DNA from: Myxococcota bacterium
Lineage (GTDB): Bacteria; Myxococcota_A; Bradymonadia; UBA7976; UBA1532
NCBI GenBank assembly: GCA_018813065.1
Contig: JAHJCH010000354.1
Span: forward strand, 1-58,965
Length of the DNA: 58,965 bases
Direction of reading: 5' to 3'
A program made the translations under genes and the position numbers. The notes below the pieces were generated by a model. That model made no database searches. It saw only the letters and a program-made list of their open reading frames with translations, and had not been told where the DNA came from. This document shows positions 27,964 through 38,749 of this stretch, piece after piece; position 1 is the stretch's first letter, and the number at the start of each line of letters is the position of its first letter.

Positions 27964-28542
27964 TCACGCCCCGCGAGGCCTGTCCCCCGAGATCATCTCA
28001 GAGACGATCCCACGCTGGCCGCGCTGCTCGCCCGCGAAGACCCCGATGATGTGCGCGGCGGCAAAGGCAACGACGCCCCAAGCCAATTGCTCATGCGCCC
28101 CCTTGATTCCCCCCATGACCGCCTTGGACAATCCCAGGCTGGAGGCGAAGTAGAGCGTTAGGCCGCTGAGCGCCATCACCGCCAAGATCCCATAGACCAC
28201 CACGTAGACACGGCGCACCCAGACCATATGAGGATCATCGCTGGCGCCGCCGCCGTCGCCGCCCCGCAGGTGCATCACAAGCCGCCATAGCAGAAGCGCG
28301 CTGAAGGCAAAGCCCAGGGCGTAGTGCCACCACCACATCGGCGCCCGCACGGCCTTGGCTAATGCGCTGGCCTGATCATCGGTAATCGTGATGTTAAGCG
28401 CAGCCAGCTTCGCAGAGAGGATCTGCGCGTTCGTTCGCCAGCTGAGGAAGGTCTTGCGCAGGAAGAATGTTCCCAGTAATCCGAATAATACAAGGGCGTG
28501 TAGCCAGTGCCACGCTCTAAGCTGTAAGGGGTATTTTTTCAT
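27964..28542 (-). CDS. Cytochrome b/b561-type membrane protein
   Basis: Four TM helices with heme-ligand-like histidines: WHWLHA, WWWHYALG, HEQLAW, AHIIGV. Confidence 0.85.
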   Translation of the reverse strand: MKKYPLQLRAWHWLHALVLFGLLGTFFLRKTFLSWRTNAQILSAKLAALNITITDDQASALAKAVRAPMWWWHYALGFAFSALLLWRLVMHLRGGDGGGASDDPHMVWVRRVYVVVYGILAVMALSGLTLYFASSLGLSKAVMGGIKGAHEQLAWGVVAFAAAHIIGVFAGEQRGQRGIVSEMISGDRPRGA

Positions 28543-28946
28543 GATAATGATGATTCCTTATTCTTAAGCCCATATATCCACGATTCCATCACGCTGGTGA
28601 GTGCATCGACGGGCGGCTCCATAAACGTCAAGAAGAAGCGATCGCCCATATCCGCGACGCCAATGCTGCGCGGGCGCACAGCGAGCGCTCTCGGGTCAAG
28701 GAGCTTGGGGCCAAAACAAAAAACAACCAGCTTGGCGCCTTTGATCTCCGGGATAATTACGCCATCTTCAAGCTGTTCGGTGTGAGCGTAATGATCAAAT
28801 AGTCCAATATAGGCGCCTTTAGGGTGGTGTTTGACTTTGTTGATAAAGTAATCACAGATTTCATTTAGATTGTCGTGGTTTGTTTCTGTTTTAAGGATTT
28901 CAATTGTCCGAATTGGATATTTATCCATAAATATACTTTGGTTCAT
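28539..28946 (-). CDS. Conserved hypothetical protein (DUF6858-like), AT-rich
   Basis: KYPI...FDHYAHT...VFCFGPKL...LAVRPRSIGV motif. ATGA overlap with the cytochrome b gene. Confidence 0.75.
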   Translation of the reverse strand: MNQSIFMDKYPIRTIEILKTETNHDNLNEICDYFINKVKHHPKGAYIGLFDHYAHTEQLEDGVIIPEIKGAKLVVFCFGPKLLDPRALAVRPRSIGVADMGDRFFLTFMEPPVDALTSVMESWIYGLKNKESSLS

Positions 28947-29193
28947 GGCTCAGTCCCCTTTTCTTTGGCTTTATGTTTGTTTATCGCGATGGATTTATTG
29001 ATTTTTATCGTTCTGTGCATCGACGCGCCGTGATCAGCCGCCAAGTTAAGGATATAAGTCAAGAAATGCAATCAAGTTCTTCGCCCCATGCCGCCAAGGC
29101 GGCCTTCGATGTCGCGCGCCCCATGTTCGGAATCGTTGATTCAACGCCGCCCTCGCCCTACCATGCCGCGACGCGTCATCGATGAGGGTCGTT

Positions 29194-30990
29194 ATGCAAT
29201 TTATCACCGAGCTTAAGCGCACCCACTCCGCAGGCCAGCTGCGCGGCGTGGACGCGGGTAAAGAGGTCGTCTTGATGGGCTGGGTCAAGGCCCGCCGCGA
29301 GCACGGCGGCGCCACCTTCGTCGATCTGCGCGATCGCGATGGCTTCACCCAGCTGCGCTTTGACCAAAGCCTTAACGCCGATCTCTATGAGCAGGCCAAG
29401 CAGATCCGCCCCGAGTTCGTCATCGCGGTTCAAGGGCGCGTCGAGAGCCGCGGTGAGATGATCAACCCCGAGATGGCCACAGGGGAGATCGAGGTCGTGG
29501 TGCAGCGGCTGGAGATCTTTAACGCCGCTAAGACCCCCCCTTTCCAGATCCGCGATGACGTAGAGGTCAATGAGGATCTGCGCCTGCGTTATCGCTTCCT
29601 CGATCTGCGCCGCGATGGGATGCAGGCCATCCTCAAGACGCGCTCTCAGACCAACCGCGCGGTGCGTGAGCACCTCTTGGATCATGGCTTCTTGGAGCTT
29701 GAGACGCCGATCTTGACCAAGGCGACGCCCGAGGGCGCGCGGGATTATCTCGTCCCCAGCCGCATCCACGCTGGCAGCTTCTACGCCCTGCCCCAGAGCC
29801 CCCAGCTGTTTAAGCAGCTCTTTATGGTGGCGGGTTATGAGCGTTATTTTCAGATCTGCAAGTGCTTCCGCGATGAGGATCTGCGCGCGGATCGTCAGCC
29901 CGAGTTTACGCAGATCGACATCGAGATGTCCTTTGTCGAGCCCGAGGACATCTACGCGATGGTCGAGGGGATGCTTAAGCGCATCTTTAAAGAGGTCAAG
30001 GGCCTCGATATCGACACGCCCTTTAAGCGTTATACCTATGATGAGGCGATGGCGCGCTACGGCAGCGATAAGCCGGATCTGCGCTTTGGCTTAGAGCTTC
30101 AAGATGTCTCCGATGTGGTCGCTGAGTGTGGCTTCAGCGTCTTCACCGGCGCCATCCAAAGCGGCGGTCAGGTCAAGGCCCTGCGCCTCCCCGGCGGCGG
30201 CGATCTCTCTCGCGGGCAGATCGATAAGCTGGCGGATGTGGTCAAGATCTATGGCGCTAAGGGCCTGGCGTGGATGCGCAAGAAGGCCGATGGCAGCTGG
30301 CAATCGCCCTTCGCTAAGCAGCTCAGCGAGGCGGAGCGCGCGGCGATTGAGGCGCGGCTGGGGATCGAGGCCGAGGACGTGGCCTTCTTCGTCGCTGATA
30401 AGCCCAGCGTCGTCGCCGCCAGCCTCGGCGCGCTGCGCCTCAAGCTCGGTCAACAGCTGGGGCTGATCGACAAGGACGCGTACGCCTTCTGCTGGGTGAC
30501 CGACTTCCCCTCCTTTGAGTACGACGAGGAGGCCAAGCGCTGGGTGGCGATCCATCACCCCTTCACCTCGCCGCGCCGCGCCGATATCTCCTTGATGGAG
30601 ACTGATCCCGGCGCGGTCTATGCCCAGGCGTATGACGTGGTGCTCAACGGCTATGAGCTGGGCGGCGGCAGCATCCGTATCCATGAGGAGGCGGTGCAGT
30701 CCAAGGTCTTCGAGCTGCTGGGCCTCTCTAAAGAGGAGAGCCGCGCCAAGTTCGGCTTCCTCCTCGACGCCCTGAGCTATGGCACGCCCCCCCACGGCGG
30801 GATCGCCCTGGGGATGGACCGCCTGATCATGCTCCTGACAGGCACCGACAACATCCGCGACGTCATCGCCTTCCCCAAGACCCTCAAGGCGAGCTGCGCG
30901 ATGACCAATGCCCCGTCGAGCGTGGATCAGCTCCAGCTCGATGAGGTCCACATCGCGCTCAAGCGCGCCTCGACGCCGGTTGAGGCGTAA
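29194..30990 (+). CDS. aspS: Aspartate--tRNA(Asp/Asn) ligase
   Basis: RTH, FVDLRDRDG, RLRYRFLDLRR, TPEGARDYLVPSR, FRDEDLRADRQPEFTQID, GGGSIRIH, PPHGGIALGMDR. Confidence 0.99.
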   Translation: MQFITELKRTHSAGQLRGVDAGKEVVLMGWVKARREHGGATFVDLRDRDGFTQLRFDQSLNADLYEQAKQIRPEFVIAVQGRVESRGEMINPEMATGEIEVVVQRLEIFNAAKTPPFQIRDDVEVNEDLRLRYRFLDLRRDGMQAILKTRSQTNRAVREHLLDHGFLELETPILTKATPEGARDYLVPSRIHAGSFYALPQSPQLFKQLFMVAGYERYFQICKCFRDEDLRADRQPEFTQIDIEMSFVEPEDIYAMVEGMLKRIFKEVKGLDIDTPFKRYTYDEAMARYGSDKPDLRFGLELQDVSDVVAECGFSVFTGAIQSGGQVKALRLPGGGDLSRGQIDKLADVVKIYGAKGLAWMRKKADGSWQSPFAKQLSEAERAAIEARLGIEAEDVAFFVADKPSVVAASLGALRLKLGQQLGLIDKDAYAFCWVTDFPSFEYDEEAKRWVAIHHPFTSPRRADISLMETDPGAVYAQAYDVVLNGYELGGGSIRIHEEAVQSKVFELLGLSKEESRAKFGFLLDALSYGTPPHGGIALGMDRLIMLLTGTDNIRDVIAFPKTLKASCAMTNAPSSVDQLQLDEVHIALKRASTPVEA

Positions 30991-31042
30991 GCCGAGCCGC
31001 CTCCATACGCTGCCATAGACCTGGGCCTTTCCAGGAGCGAAT

Positions 31043-32671
31043 ATGCAACAACGAGAGTTGGATCTGATCGTCATTGGCGGTGGCGTCAATGGCGTCGGTG
31101 TCGCCCGAGATGCCGCCCGTCGAGGGCTGCGCGTCGGGCTCTTTGAGCGCGGCGATCTCGGCGCGGGCACCAGCGGCGCCTCCAGCGGGATGATCCACGG
31201 CGGCATCCGCTATCTGGAGACAGACCGCGCCACCACGCATAAGTCCTGCCTTGATTCGGGCTATATCCAGCAGATCGCCCCTCACCTCCTCTTCCGCATC
31301 CCGGTGATCTTCCCCCTGCTGAGCTGGATGCCACGGGGGCGGATCTTAAATGAGCTGGCCTTTGTTTATTTCCAGGCCTATGACCGCTTTCAGCCCCTCA
31401 AGCGCGGCAAGCGCGCGGCGAAGCTGACGCGCGAGGAGGTCCTGCGGCTGGAGCCCGGCGTCCACCCCGACGTGACCGGGGGCGTCAGCACCGATGAGTG
31501 GGGGATCGATGTCTTTCGCCTCTGCCTGCTCAACGCCCTCGATGCTCAAGCGCATGGCGCGGAGATCCACCTTTATCATCAGGTCGAGGGGCTCTTGCGT
31601 GATCCCAGCGGGCGCGTGCTGGGTGTGCGCGTGCGCGATCTCAAGACCGGCACTGTTGATGAGCGCCGCGCGCGGATCGTGTTTAACGCGGCGGGGCCTT
31701 GGGCGGATAAGGTGGCGGGCTTGGCCGGGGCGAGGGTGCCGATGCGCCCTGGCAAGGGGATTCACCTTGTGTTGGATCGGCGGATCGTCAACTACGCCCT
31801 GTTGGCCTCCGCCGCCGATGGTCGCCAGGTCTTCTTGGAGCCCTACGGGCAAGAGACGTGGATCGGCACCACCGACACGGACTTCTACGGCGATCCCGGC
31901 GAGGTGGTGGCCCATCACGATGAGGTGATGTATCTGCTGGAGGCCATCGAGACGGTCTTCCCCGCCATCCGTCAGCATCGTATCGTGCGCGCCTTCGCCG
32001 GGGTGCGCCCCACGCTGCGTAAGTACGGCCCCGCGCCCGACGCTCTCAGTCGCCGTCATGAGGTCTTTGATCACAGCGGCGAGGGCGCGCCGGGGCTGAT
32101 GAGCATGGGCGGCGGCAAGCTGGCGGCTTATCGTCTGATGGCCGAGGAGGCCACCGACGCCATCCTCAAGGGGCTCAACCGCAGCGTCGGTGAGCGCAGC
32201 ACGCACACCGCGCCCTTGCCCGGCGGTGAGTCCACGCCCGACGTCGCCGATGTCGCCACCCGCGCGGGCATCGCGCCTTATACCGCCGCGCGGCTGATCC
32301 ACCGCCACGGCGCGCGCGTGGAGGCCATCGTCGAGCGCGTGGCGCGCGACCCGGAGTCGAGGCAGATCGTCTGTCAATGTGAGCCGGTCATTGAAGCCGA
32401 GATCGAGCATGCCTTGGCGCATGAGCGTGTCTCTACGCTGGAGGATCTCCGCCGCCGCACGCGCTGCGGTGGGGGGGCCTGCCAAGGGGTTCGTTGCGCT
32501 CACCGCGCCGCGCGGCTCATCGCCCGCCACGAAGGCGCCGATGAGGGGCGCGTCATCGATCTGCTGGCGGACTTCGCTCAGGCTCGTTGGAGGGAGCAAG
32601 CGCCGGTGGCGGGGCATCAAAACTTGCCTCATCTGGAGCGCTTTCGTTGGCGATTTAAAGGGTTCTTATGA
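31043..32671 (+). CDS. glpA: FAD-dependent glycerol-3-phosphate dehydrogenase subunit A with C-terminal BFD-like [2Fe-2S] motif
   Basis: IGGGVNG, GMIHGGIRYL, NAAGPWAD, GGKLAAYRLMAE, CQCE...RRRTRCGGGACQGVRC. Confidence 0.88.
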   Translation: MQQRELDLIVIGGGVNGVGVARDAARRGLRVGLFERGDLGAGTSGASSGMIHGGIRYLETDRATTHKSCLDSGYIQQIAPHLLFRIPVIFPLLSWMPRGRILNELAFVYFQAYDRFQPLKRGKRAAKLTREEVLRLEPGVHPDVTGGVSTDEWGIDVFRLCLLNALDAQAHGAEIHLYHQVEGLLRDPSGRVLGVRVRDLKTGTVDERRARIVFNAAGPWADKVAGLAGARVPMRPGKGIHLVLDRRIVNYALLASAADGRQVFLEPYGQETWIGTTDTDFYGDPGEVVAHHDEVMYLLEAIETVFPAIRQHRIVRAFAGVRPTLRKYGPAPDALSRRHEVFDHSGEGAPGLMSMGGGKLAAYRLMAEEATDAILKGLNRSVGERSTHTAPLPGGESTPDVADVATRAGIAPYTAARLIHRHGARVEAIVERVARDPESRQIVCQCEPVIEAEIEHALAHERVSTLEDLRRRTRCGGGACQGVRCAHRAARLIARHEGADEGRVIDLLADFAQARWREQAPVAGHQNLPHLERFRWRFKGFL

Positions 32672-33753
32672 AGGTCACGGTCATCGGCGGTGGGCTCGCT
32701 GGATCTATGGCGGCGGCGCGGCTGGCTGCCTCTGGGCGTTGTCAGGTGACGCTCTATCCGGGGCGGCCCGGCTCTACGGCCTTGCACTCCGGGGGCTGGT
32801 ACTTCGGCTTCGAGCGCCTCAAGGGCGAGGGCGCCTTGGCGCGGGCTGAGGCCGCCTTCGCTTGCCTCAAGCGGGGGCTGGCAGAGCTGGAGATCGAGGC
32901 GGGGCCGTTTCGGCTCTATGACGAGGATGGCTTTCAACAGAAGGTGGACGCGGCGGCGCGGACACACCGAGGCGCGCTGAGCGAGGCGACGCCGGTGCTG
33001 TGCCTGCGTGGGCGAGGGCGTGACTTTGCGCGGGCCACAGGGCGGCCTCGCTTAGAGGTCAACTGGCCGCCTTCGGATGATCAAGATCGCTCATCAGCCT
33101 TCCTCGCCCGTCAGCTTGATCGGCCTGAGGCGCGGGGGCCACTCCTGGAGGCCATCAAGGCCAGCCCGCTGCGAGGCCAAGGGCTGCTGTGTCCGCCAAT
33201 CCTGGGCGTGCAGGCCGCCGCGCAGGTCCACGCGGCGCTTGAGGAGGCCGCAGGTGGCCCGGTGGTGGAGGCCCTCGCCGACACGCCCTCCGCGCCTGGC
33301 TTGCGGCTGACGCGGGCGCTCAGCCGCTGGGTGATCCGCGCCGGTGTGCAGATCAGCGCCACGCCTTTCTTCGAGGTGGGCCAGCGCGACATCGCCTCGC
33401 GCTTTGATGAGGTGTTTCAAGCCGACGCGGTGATCCTGGCCACAGGGGGTTATCTCGGCGGCGGGCTGACCAGCCAACGGCCTGTGCGTGAGGCGGTGTT
33501 TGATCTCGACTTGACGCCACAGCCGGATGATCCCATCCGCGCGGCGGGGGCGAGGGGCGCTGGTCCGCTCTTCGAGGTGGGGGTGTTCGTCGATGAGGCG
33601 CTGCGCCCCTGCGATCCTTCTGGGCGGGCGCATCATCCTCGGCTCTATGCGGTGGGCGATGTCATCGGCGGGCCTGGGCCATTGGGGGCCTCGGCCCGCA
33701 GTGGCCGGGCGATCTTGACGGCCTATGCGGTGTCAGAGGCGCTCTTGGCATGA
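32668..33753 (+). CDS. glpB: Anaerobic glycerol-3-phosphate dehydrogenase subunit B-like flavoprotein
   Basis: VIGGGLAG, PSAPGLRL, VILATGGYLGGGL, REAVFDL. ATGA overlap with glpA. Confidence 0.8.
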   Translation: MKVTVIGGGLAGSMAAARLAASGRCQVTLYPGRPGSTALHSGGWYFGFERLKGEGALARAEAAFACLKRGLAELEIEAGPFRLYDEDGFQQKVDAAARTHRGALSEATPVLCLRGRGRDFARATGRPRLEVNWPPSDDQDRSSAFLARQLDRPEARGPLLEAIKASPLRGQGLLCPPILGVQAAAQVHAALEEAAGGPVVEALADTPSAPGLRLTRALSRWVIRAGVQISATPFFEVGQRDIASRFDEVFQADAVILATGGYLGGGLTSQRPVREAVFDLDLTPQPDDPIRAAGARGAGPLFEVGVFVDEALRPCDPSGRAHHPRLYAVGDVIGGPGPLGASARSGRAILTAYAVSEALLA

Positions 33754-33781
33754 TCACCCACTCGTTAAAGCGACACATGCG

Positions 33782-34186
33782 ATGAATTGGAAGCACATCT
33801 ACAGCTATGCCCACCTGATCTTGGCCTTTTGGCTGCGGCAACTGCGGCGCATCTATCGCCCAGGCGATAACGGCGGCGCGGCGCGCTTCCTGGAGAACTA
33901 CGCCCCCGAGGGCATGGCGCCGCTGAGCCTGGAGGCGGAGGCGGCGCTCCAGCGGGCGGGCCGCTGCATCCACTGTGGGCTCTGTGAGGCCACTCATGAT
34001 GATCCCCTGGTGGTCTGGATCGATCACAGCCGCGCCTTGGCGCACCGCGCCCACCTCGACGCCGCCCGCCCCTCGGGGCCTCAAGCAGAGGGCTTCCTCT
34101 GCCCCATGGGCCTCGATCCCAGCGAGCTGGCGCTGATCCTGGCGCCCATGCCGATGACGCTCATCGCGCCTGGCAGTGACCATTGA
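33782..34186 (+). CDS. Small Fe-S motif protein (GlpC-position gene)
   Basis: CIHCGLC and CPMGLD motifs, directly after glpB. Confidence 0.6.
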   Translation: MNWKHIYSYAHLILAFWLRQLRRIYRPGDNGGAARFLENYAPEGMAPLSLEAEAALQRAGRCIHCGLCEATHDDPLVVWIDHSRALAHRAHLDAARPSGPQAEGFLCPMGLDPSELALILAPMPMTLIAPGSDH

Positions 34187-34949
34187 GGTGATCGTCGAGG
34201 GGCAGCGTCGCGCGCGTGGAGACGCCCTCAAGCAGCTCGGGGCGGATCGCCTTGATAAAGTGATCCCCCAGCTCGCGGGGATACCACTCGAAGAGGGGGT
34301 TGAGCGCCAAGGTGTCGCCCTCGCGCTTCACCCAGCGTGGGTGGGCCAGGGCGCGGCGCGCCAAGGCGTCGAGCTGGGCCGTCAACGTCGCCTCCTCCAG
34401 CGCCTCGCGCAGCATCATCGGCGCGCTGACGCTGCCCTTTGACAGCGCCAGGCGGATCGCGGGGTGGAGGTGGGCCAGGGCGCTGATCTGCTCATCGGCC
34501 AAGGCGCTGAGCGTTGTTTCTTCTTCGCCCATCAAGAAGGACACGCGGTAGAAGAACCCGTCGAAGGGGTACAGATCCGCGACGCGCGCCAAGGGGCAGC
34601 GTTGGCGCAGCTCGGCGAGGAGGAAGGCGTTGTAGGCGTTGATGTAATAGGCCAGCCGCGCCGCCTCGGTCTTAAAGCGGTGCGGCGCGCTCTTGGGGCT
34701 GGCGGCGCGCAGCTGCCCCAGGTAGCGATCCAGCGCCTCGGGGTGCGCCCGCAGCGCCCCATAGTCCACGTCGCCGGCTTCATCGACGATGCCCTTGAGC
34801 GCCTCGGTGAGCTGGGCGTGGCTGAAGCCCTTGCCCTCTGGGGGCACCGGCGCGGGGCGCGGCCCCTCGACCCCGCCAGGGCGCAGGAGAAAGAGGCCAA
34901 CCGCGAGCAGGCTGGCGAGGCCAATGAGCCAGAGTGACTTGAGGTGCAT
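34161..34949 (-). CDS. DUF547-like protein
   Basis: GDVDYGAL, RLAYYINAYNA, LNPLFEWY. N-terminal TM or signal segment. Confidence 0.8.
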   Translation of the reverse strand: MHLKSLWLIGLASLLAVGLFLLRPGGVEGPRPAPVPPEGKGFSHAQLTEALKGIVDEAGDVDYGALRAHPEALDRYLGQLRAASPKSAPHRFKTEAARLAYYINAYNAFLLAELRQRCPLARVADLYPFDGFFYRVSFLMGEEETTLSALADEQISALAHLHPAIRLALSKGSVSAPMMLREALEEATLTAQLDALARRALAHPRWVKREGDTLALNPLFEWYPRELGDHFIKAIRPELLEGVSTRATLPLDDHLNGHCQAR

Positions 34950-35020
34950 GGCGCCTCTCGGCTGGGTGTGTTGGGGCGAATCTATCGGCCCTCAGGGCGA
35001 AAGACGAGGGGGACGCGCCC

Positions 35021-35626
35021 TTAGGTGGGCAGGAGGGCGCCGACGCCGCGCCCATCGAGGATGTCACGCACTTGCAGCCGCGCGCGATGCAGCCGTGACT
35101 TGATCGCCGAGATCGACAGCCCCGAGCGCGCCTGGATCTGCCGCAAGTCCAAGCCGTCGAGCACCCAGAAGTTGAGGATGTCTTTGTACTTGGGCGGCAA
35201 GGCCTCGATGGCCTCCTCGATGGCCTCGGTCAGCTGAAGCGCCATGGCCGCTTGATCGGGCTCGCCCGAGCTGAGCCGCCCCTGTAGGAGCGTCGCCTCA
35301 GGGGGCAGGATCTCCGGCGCCTCCTCCAGCGCGCTGAGGCGGCGGCGCTTGCGGCTGCGCAGGTGCATCCGAATGCAGTTGGCCCCCACCTGGTAGAGCC
35401 AGGCGCTAAAGCGCGCCTCGCCCCGATAGGTCTCCAGCCGCGTAAAGGCGCGCAGGAGCGTCTCTTGGGCGACATCCTCGGCCTCATCCAGATCCCCCAC
35501 CGCGCGCGCCGCCCGCCAGTAAATCTGCTCGCGGTAGGGCTCCACCAGCGCTCTGAAGGCCCGCCCCGAGCCCGCCTTGGCCTCGGCTAAGAGCTGGGCC
35601 TCTCTCTCTTGGGATATGTGCATCAA
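35021..35626 (-). CDS. ECF RNA polymerase sigma factor
   Basis: AFRALVEPY, EAEDVAQETLLRAF, FSAWLYQV, AIEALPPKY, IKSRLHRAR. Confidence 0.93.
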   Translation of the reverse strand: MMHISQEREAQLLAEAKAGSGRAFRALVEPYREQIYWRAARAVGDLDEAEDVAQETLLRAFTRLETYRGEARFSAWLYQVGANCIRMHLRSRKRRRLSALEEAPEILPPEATLLQGRLSSGEPDQAAMALQLTEAIEEAIEALPPKYKDILNFWVLDGLDLRQIQARSGLSISAIKSRLHRARLQVRDILDGRGVGALLPT

Positions 35627-35793
35627 ATGGCTCCGGTGGATGGTGCTGGTCAGGCAACGGCGGATCGGTTAGATCCTCTCTCTCGAATACGGCCGAACGA
35701 GGGCGCCGGCGTCTCCATTCCGCGCCGCCTGCTTTTCCGACTGGGCCGCTCTAAAACCATCGCGCGCGCGTGAAATAGGACCCAAGGCGCCCC

Positions 35794-37128
35794 ATGTCAC
35801 TCCCTCAACGCACCCAGACGCTCATCATCGGCGCGGGCCTCGCAGGCCTCTCCACCGCGCTCCACCTCGACGGCGAGGCCCTCCTCCTCGATGGCCTCGA
35901 TCGCGTCGGCGGCGCGGCGCGCAGCGAGCGCTTTGAGGGCTTTACCTTTGATCTGACAGGGCACTGGCTCCACCTGCGTGATCCGCAAATCCGCGCGCTG
36001 ATCCTCGGCCTGCTGGGGCCGGATCATTTCGTTGAGATCGAGCGCAAGAGCCGCATCTGGTCCCACGGGGTCTACACGCGCTATCCCTTCCAGTCCAACC
36101 TTCATGGCCTGCCACCAGCGGTGATCAAGGCCTGCGTGATGGGCGCCATTGAGGCCAGGGGCGGGCGCGGCGAGGGCGTGGCCGAGCGCGGCGAGGGCGT
36201 GGCCGAGCCCGAGGGCTTCGCCGATTGGATTCGGTTCTACTTCGGCGAGGGCATCGCCGAGCACTTTATGATCCCCTACAACGCCCGGCTCTGGGGCGTC
36301 GCCGCCGAGGAGATCACCAGCCGCTGGTGTCAGCGCTTCGTGCCCCGCCCCAATCTGGAGCAGATCATCGCTGGCGCCGTGGGCTGTCACGCCGAGGGCG
36401 AGGGCTATAACGCGCGCTTTCTCTACCCCAAGGTGGGCGGCATCCAGAGCGTGCCCGAGGCCCTCGCCGACGCCGTAGGCCGCGCCCATATCCACCTCAA
36501 CACGCCGGTGACGCGGGTGGATCTCAAGGCGCGCTTCGTGGAGACGGCCAGCGGTCAGCGCGTGTACTTTGAGCGCCTGGTCAACACCGCGCCGTTGACG
36601 CGCTTCATCGATCTGCTCGCCGAGGCCCCCGCCGAGGTCCGCGCCGCCCGCGCCAAGCTGCGCGCCGCCGACACGGTTTACTTCAACGTGGGCGTGCGCG
36701 GCGCCTTGGGCCAGGATGACCATTGGATCTATGTGCCCGAGGCGTCCTGGCCGATGTACCGCGTCGGCGCCTTCAGCAACGCCCTGCCGGCCATGGCGCC
36801 CGAGGGCCACAGCTCGCTCTATGTGGAGCTGGCGGATCGCGACACCCCGCCTGAGGCGCTGGCGGGGCGGGTCAAGGCGGGCTTAGCCGCCATGGGGCTG
36901 TGTCAGCCTGAGCGAGTGCTGTTTATGCAGGCCCGCCGTATCCCAGAGGCCTATGTCATCTACGACTTTGACTATCACGCCAGCCGCGCGCTCATCCATG
37001 AGTGGCTTAACCATCAAGGGCTCTTGAGTATCGGTCGCTACGGCGATTGGAACTATTCTTCGATGGAAGACGCGCTCATCAACGGGCGCGACGCTGCGGC
37101 GCGTCTATCAGGAGGAGGTGAGGCGTGA
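35794..37128 (+). CDS. FAD-dependent oxidoreductase (protoporphyrinogen oxidase/UDP-galactopyranose mutase-like)
   Basis: [43 protein letters not shown]. Confidence 0.85.
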   Translation: MSLPQRTQTLIIGAGLAGLSTALHLDGEALLLDGLDRVGGAARSERFEGFTFDLTGHWLHLRDPQIRALILGLLGPDHFVEIERKSRIWSHGVYTRYPFQSNLHGLPPAVIKACVMGAIEARGGRGEGVAERGEGVAEPEGFADWIRFYFGEGIAEHFMIPYNARLWGVAAEEITSRWCQRFVPRPNLEQIIAGAVGCHAEGEGYNARFLYPKVGGIQSVPEALADAVGRAHIHLNTPVTRVDLKARFVETASGQRVYFERLVNTAPLTRFIDLLAEAPAEVRAARAKLRAADTVYFNVGVRGALGQDDHWIYVPEASWPMYRVGAFSNALPAMAPEGHSSLYVELADRDTPPEALAGRVKAGLAAMGLCQPERVLFMQARRIPEAYVIYDFDYHASRALIHEWLNHQGLLSIGRYGDWNYSSMEDALINGRDAAARLSGGGEA

Positions 37129-37841
37129 CGCCCACTGTCTCAATCGTCATCCCGGTCTATAACGAAGAGTCGATCCTTGAAGCGTCCATTGAGGAGCTGA
37201 TTCATAAGCTAGAGGGCTTGGACTTTAGCTATGAGATCCTCATCGCGGAGAACGGCTCCAAGGATCGCACCATCGAGCTGGCCGAGGGCCTCGCCGCGCG
37301 CTACCCGCAGGTGAGCACCTTCTCCGCCAGCGAGGCCAACTATGGCAGGGCGCTGCGTGAGGGCATCCTCAAGGCGCGCGGCGAGTATGTCATCTGCGAC
37401 GAGATTGACCTCTGCGACGTGGACTTCTATCGCCTCGCCCTCGGCGCGCTGCGCTCAGGCACGGGCGTAGACTTCGTCGTCGGCAGCAAGCAGGCGCGCG
37501 GCGCCCATGACAACCGCCCCATCTATCGCCGCGCCGCCACCCGCGTGCTCAACGGTATGTTGCGGATCGCCGTGGGCTTTCGGGGCACCGACACCCACGG
37601 GCTCAAGGCGTTTCGGCGTGAGGCCTTGCTGGACGTGGTCAATGAGTGCGTCGTCGATCGCGATATGTTCGCCAGCGAGCTGGTCGTCCGCGTCCACCGC
37701 ACGGATCTGCGCTGGCTGGAGGTGCCCATCGACCTGGAGGAGAAGCGCCCCCCGTCGGTACACCTCTTTAAGCGGGTGCCGCACGTGCTCAAGAGCATCG
37801 CCAGGCTGACCTTGATCATCCGCGCGGGGAGAGATTTCTGA
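37125..37841 (+). CDS. Glycosyltransferase family 2
   Basis: [34 protein letters not shown]. Confidence 0.92.
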   Translation: MTPTVSIVIPVYNEESILEASIEELIHKLEGLDFSYEILIAENGSKDRTIELAEGLAARYPQVSTFSASEANYGRALREGILKARGEYVICDEIDLCDVDFYRLALGALRSGTGVDFVVGSKQARGAHDNRPIYRRAATRVLNGMLRIAVGFRGTDTHGLKAFRREALLDVVNECVVDRDMFASELVVRVHRTDLRWLEVPIDLEEKRPPSVHLFKRVPHVLKSIARLTLIIRAGRDF

Positions 37842-38749
37842 ACAAAAAAACAGCCAGCGTCGGCGTGGACGTCGATGGGCTCAAGCACTACTACCTGATC
37901 CACGGCCTCGATCCCGCTGAGGCCACAGAGGCGGCGTGGACCCTGGGGGTGCCTCGCTTCTTGGCGCTGTTCGCCGAGGTCGGCCTCCCCGCCACCTTCT
38001 ACTGCGTGGCGGAGGACGCCATCGAGCACGCCGCGCGGATGCGTGAGATCGTCGCGGCGGGCCATGAGATCGGCAACCACACCTGGCACCACCGCTATGA
38101 CCTGAGCCTGCTCGATGAGCACAGCCAGCGGATCGAGATCGGCTGCGGTAAGGATCGGCTGGAGCAGGCCTGCGGCGCGGCGGTGGTGGGCTTCCGCGCG
38201 CCGGGCTATCACACCAACGCCCAGATTCAGCGGCTGCTGATGGAGACGGGGCACCGCTACGAGAGCAGCGCTTTCCCCTGCGCGCCCTACCACCTCGCCA
38301 AGGCGGGCGTGATGGGCTTGATGCGCCTACGCGGCAAGCGCAGCCGCAGCATCCTGGGCGATCCGCGCGTCCTTATGGCCCCGCGCGCGCCCTACACCGC
38401 CGCGCTGGCCGATCCCTACCGCGCCGCCCGCGCCGGTGAGCCCGAGGGGCTGCGCCACTACCCCATCAGCGTCGCCCTCGGCGCCCCGCTCATCGGCACG
38501 GCCTTCACCGCGCTGGGCCAGCGCGGCGCCTTAGCCGCCCTCAAGGTGGGCCTCAAGCGCCATCCGCACCTCACCTTGGAGTTCCACGCCGTGGATCTGC
38601 TTGGCCTCGAAGATGGGCTCGATCCGGCCCTCATCGCCCAGCCCGATCTGCGCGTCTTTACGCGCAAGAAGCGGGCGATTTTCCACGCGCTCCTGACGCA
38701 CCTGAAAGCCGAAGCGCGGATCGCGCGCCTCGACGCCCTGGTTGAATGA
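37838..38749 (+). CDS. Polysaccharide deacetylase family protein
   Basis: [30 protein letters not shown]. Start either CTG 37838 or GTG 37865. Confidence 0.88.
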   Translation: MNKKTASVGVDVDGLKHYYLIHGLDPAEATEAAWTLGVPRFLALFAEVGLPATFYCVAEDAIEHAARMREIVAAGHEIGNHTWHHRYDLSLLDEHSQRIEIGCGKDRLEQACGAAVVGFRAPGYHTNAQIQRLLMETGHRYESSAFPCAPYHLAKAGVMGLMRLRGKRSRSILGDPRVLMAPRAPYTAALADPYRAARAGEPEGLRHYPISVALGAPLIGTAFTALGQRGALAALKVGLKRHPHLTLEFHAVDLLGLEDGLDPALIAQPDLRVFTRKKRAIFHALLTHLKAEARIARLDALVE

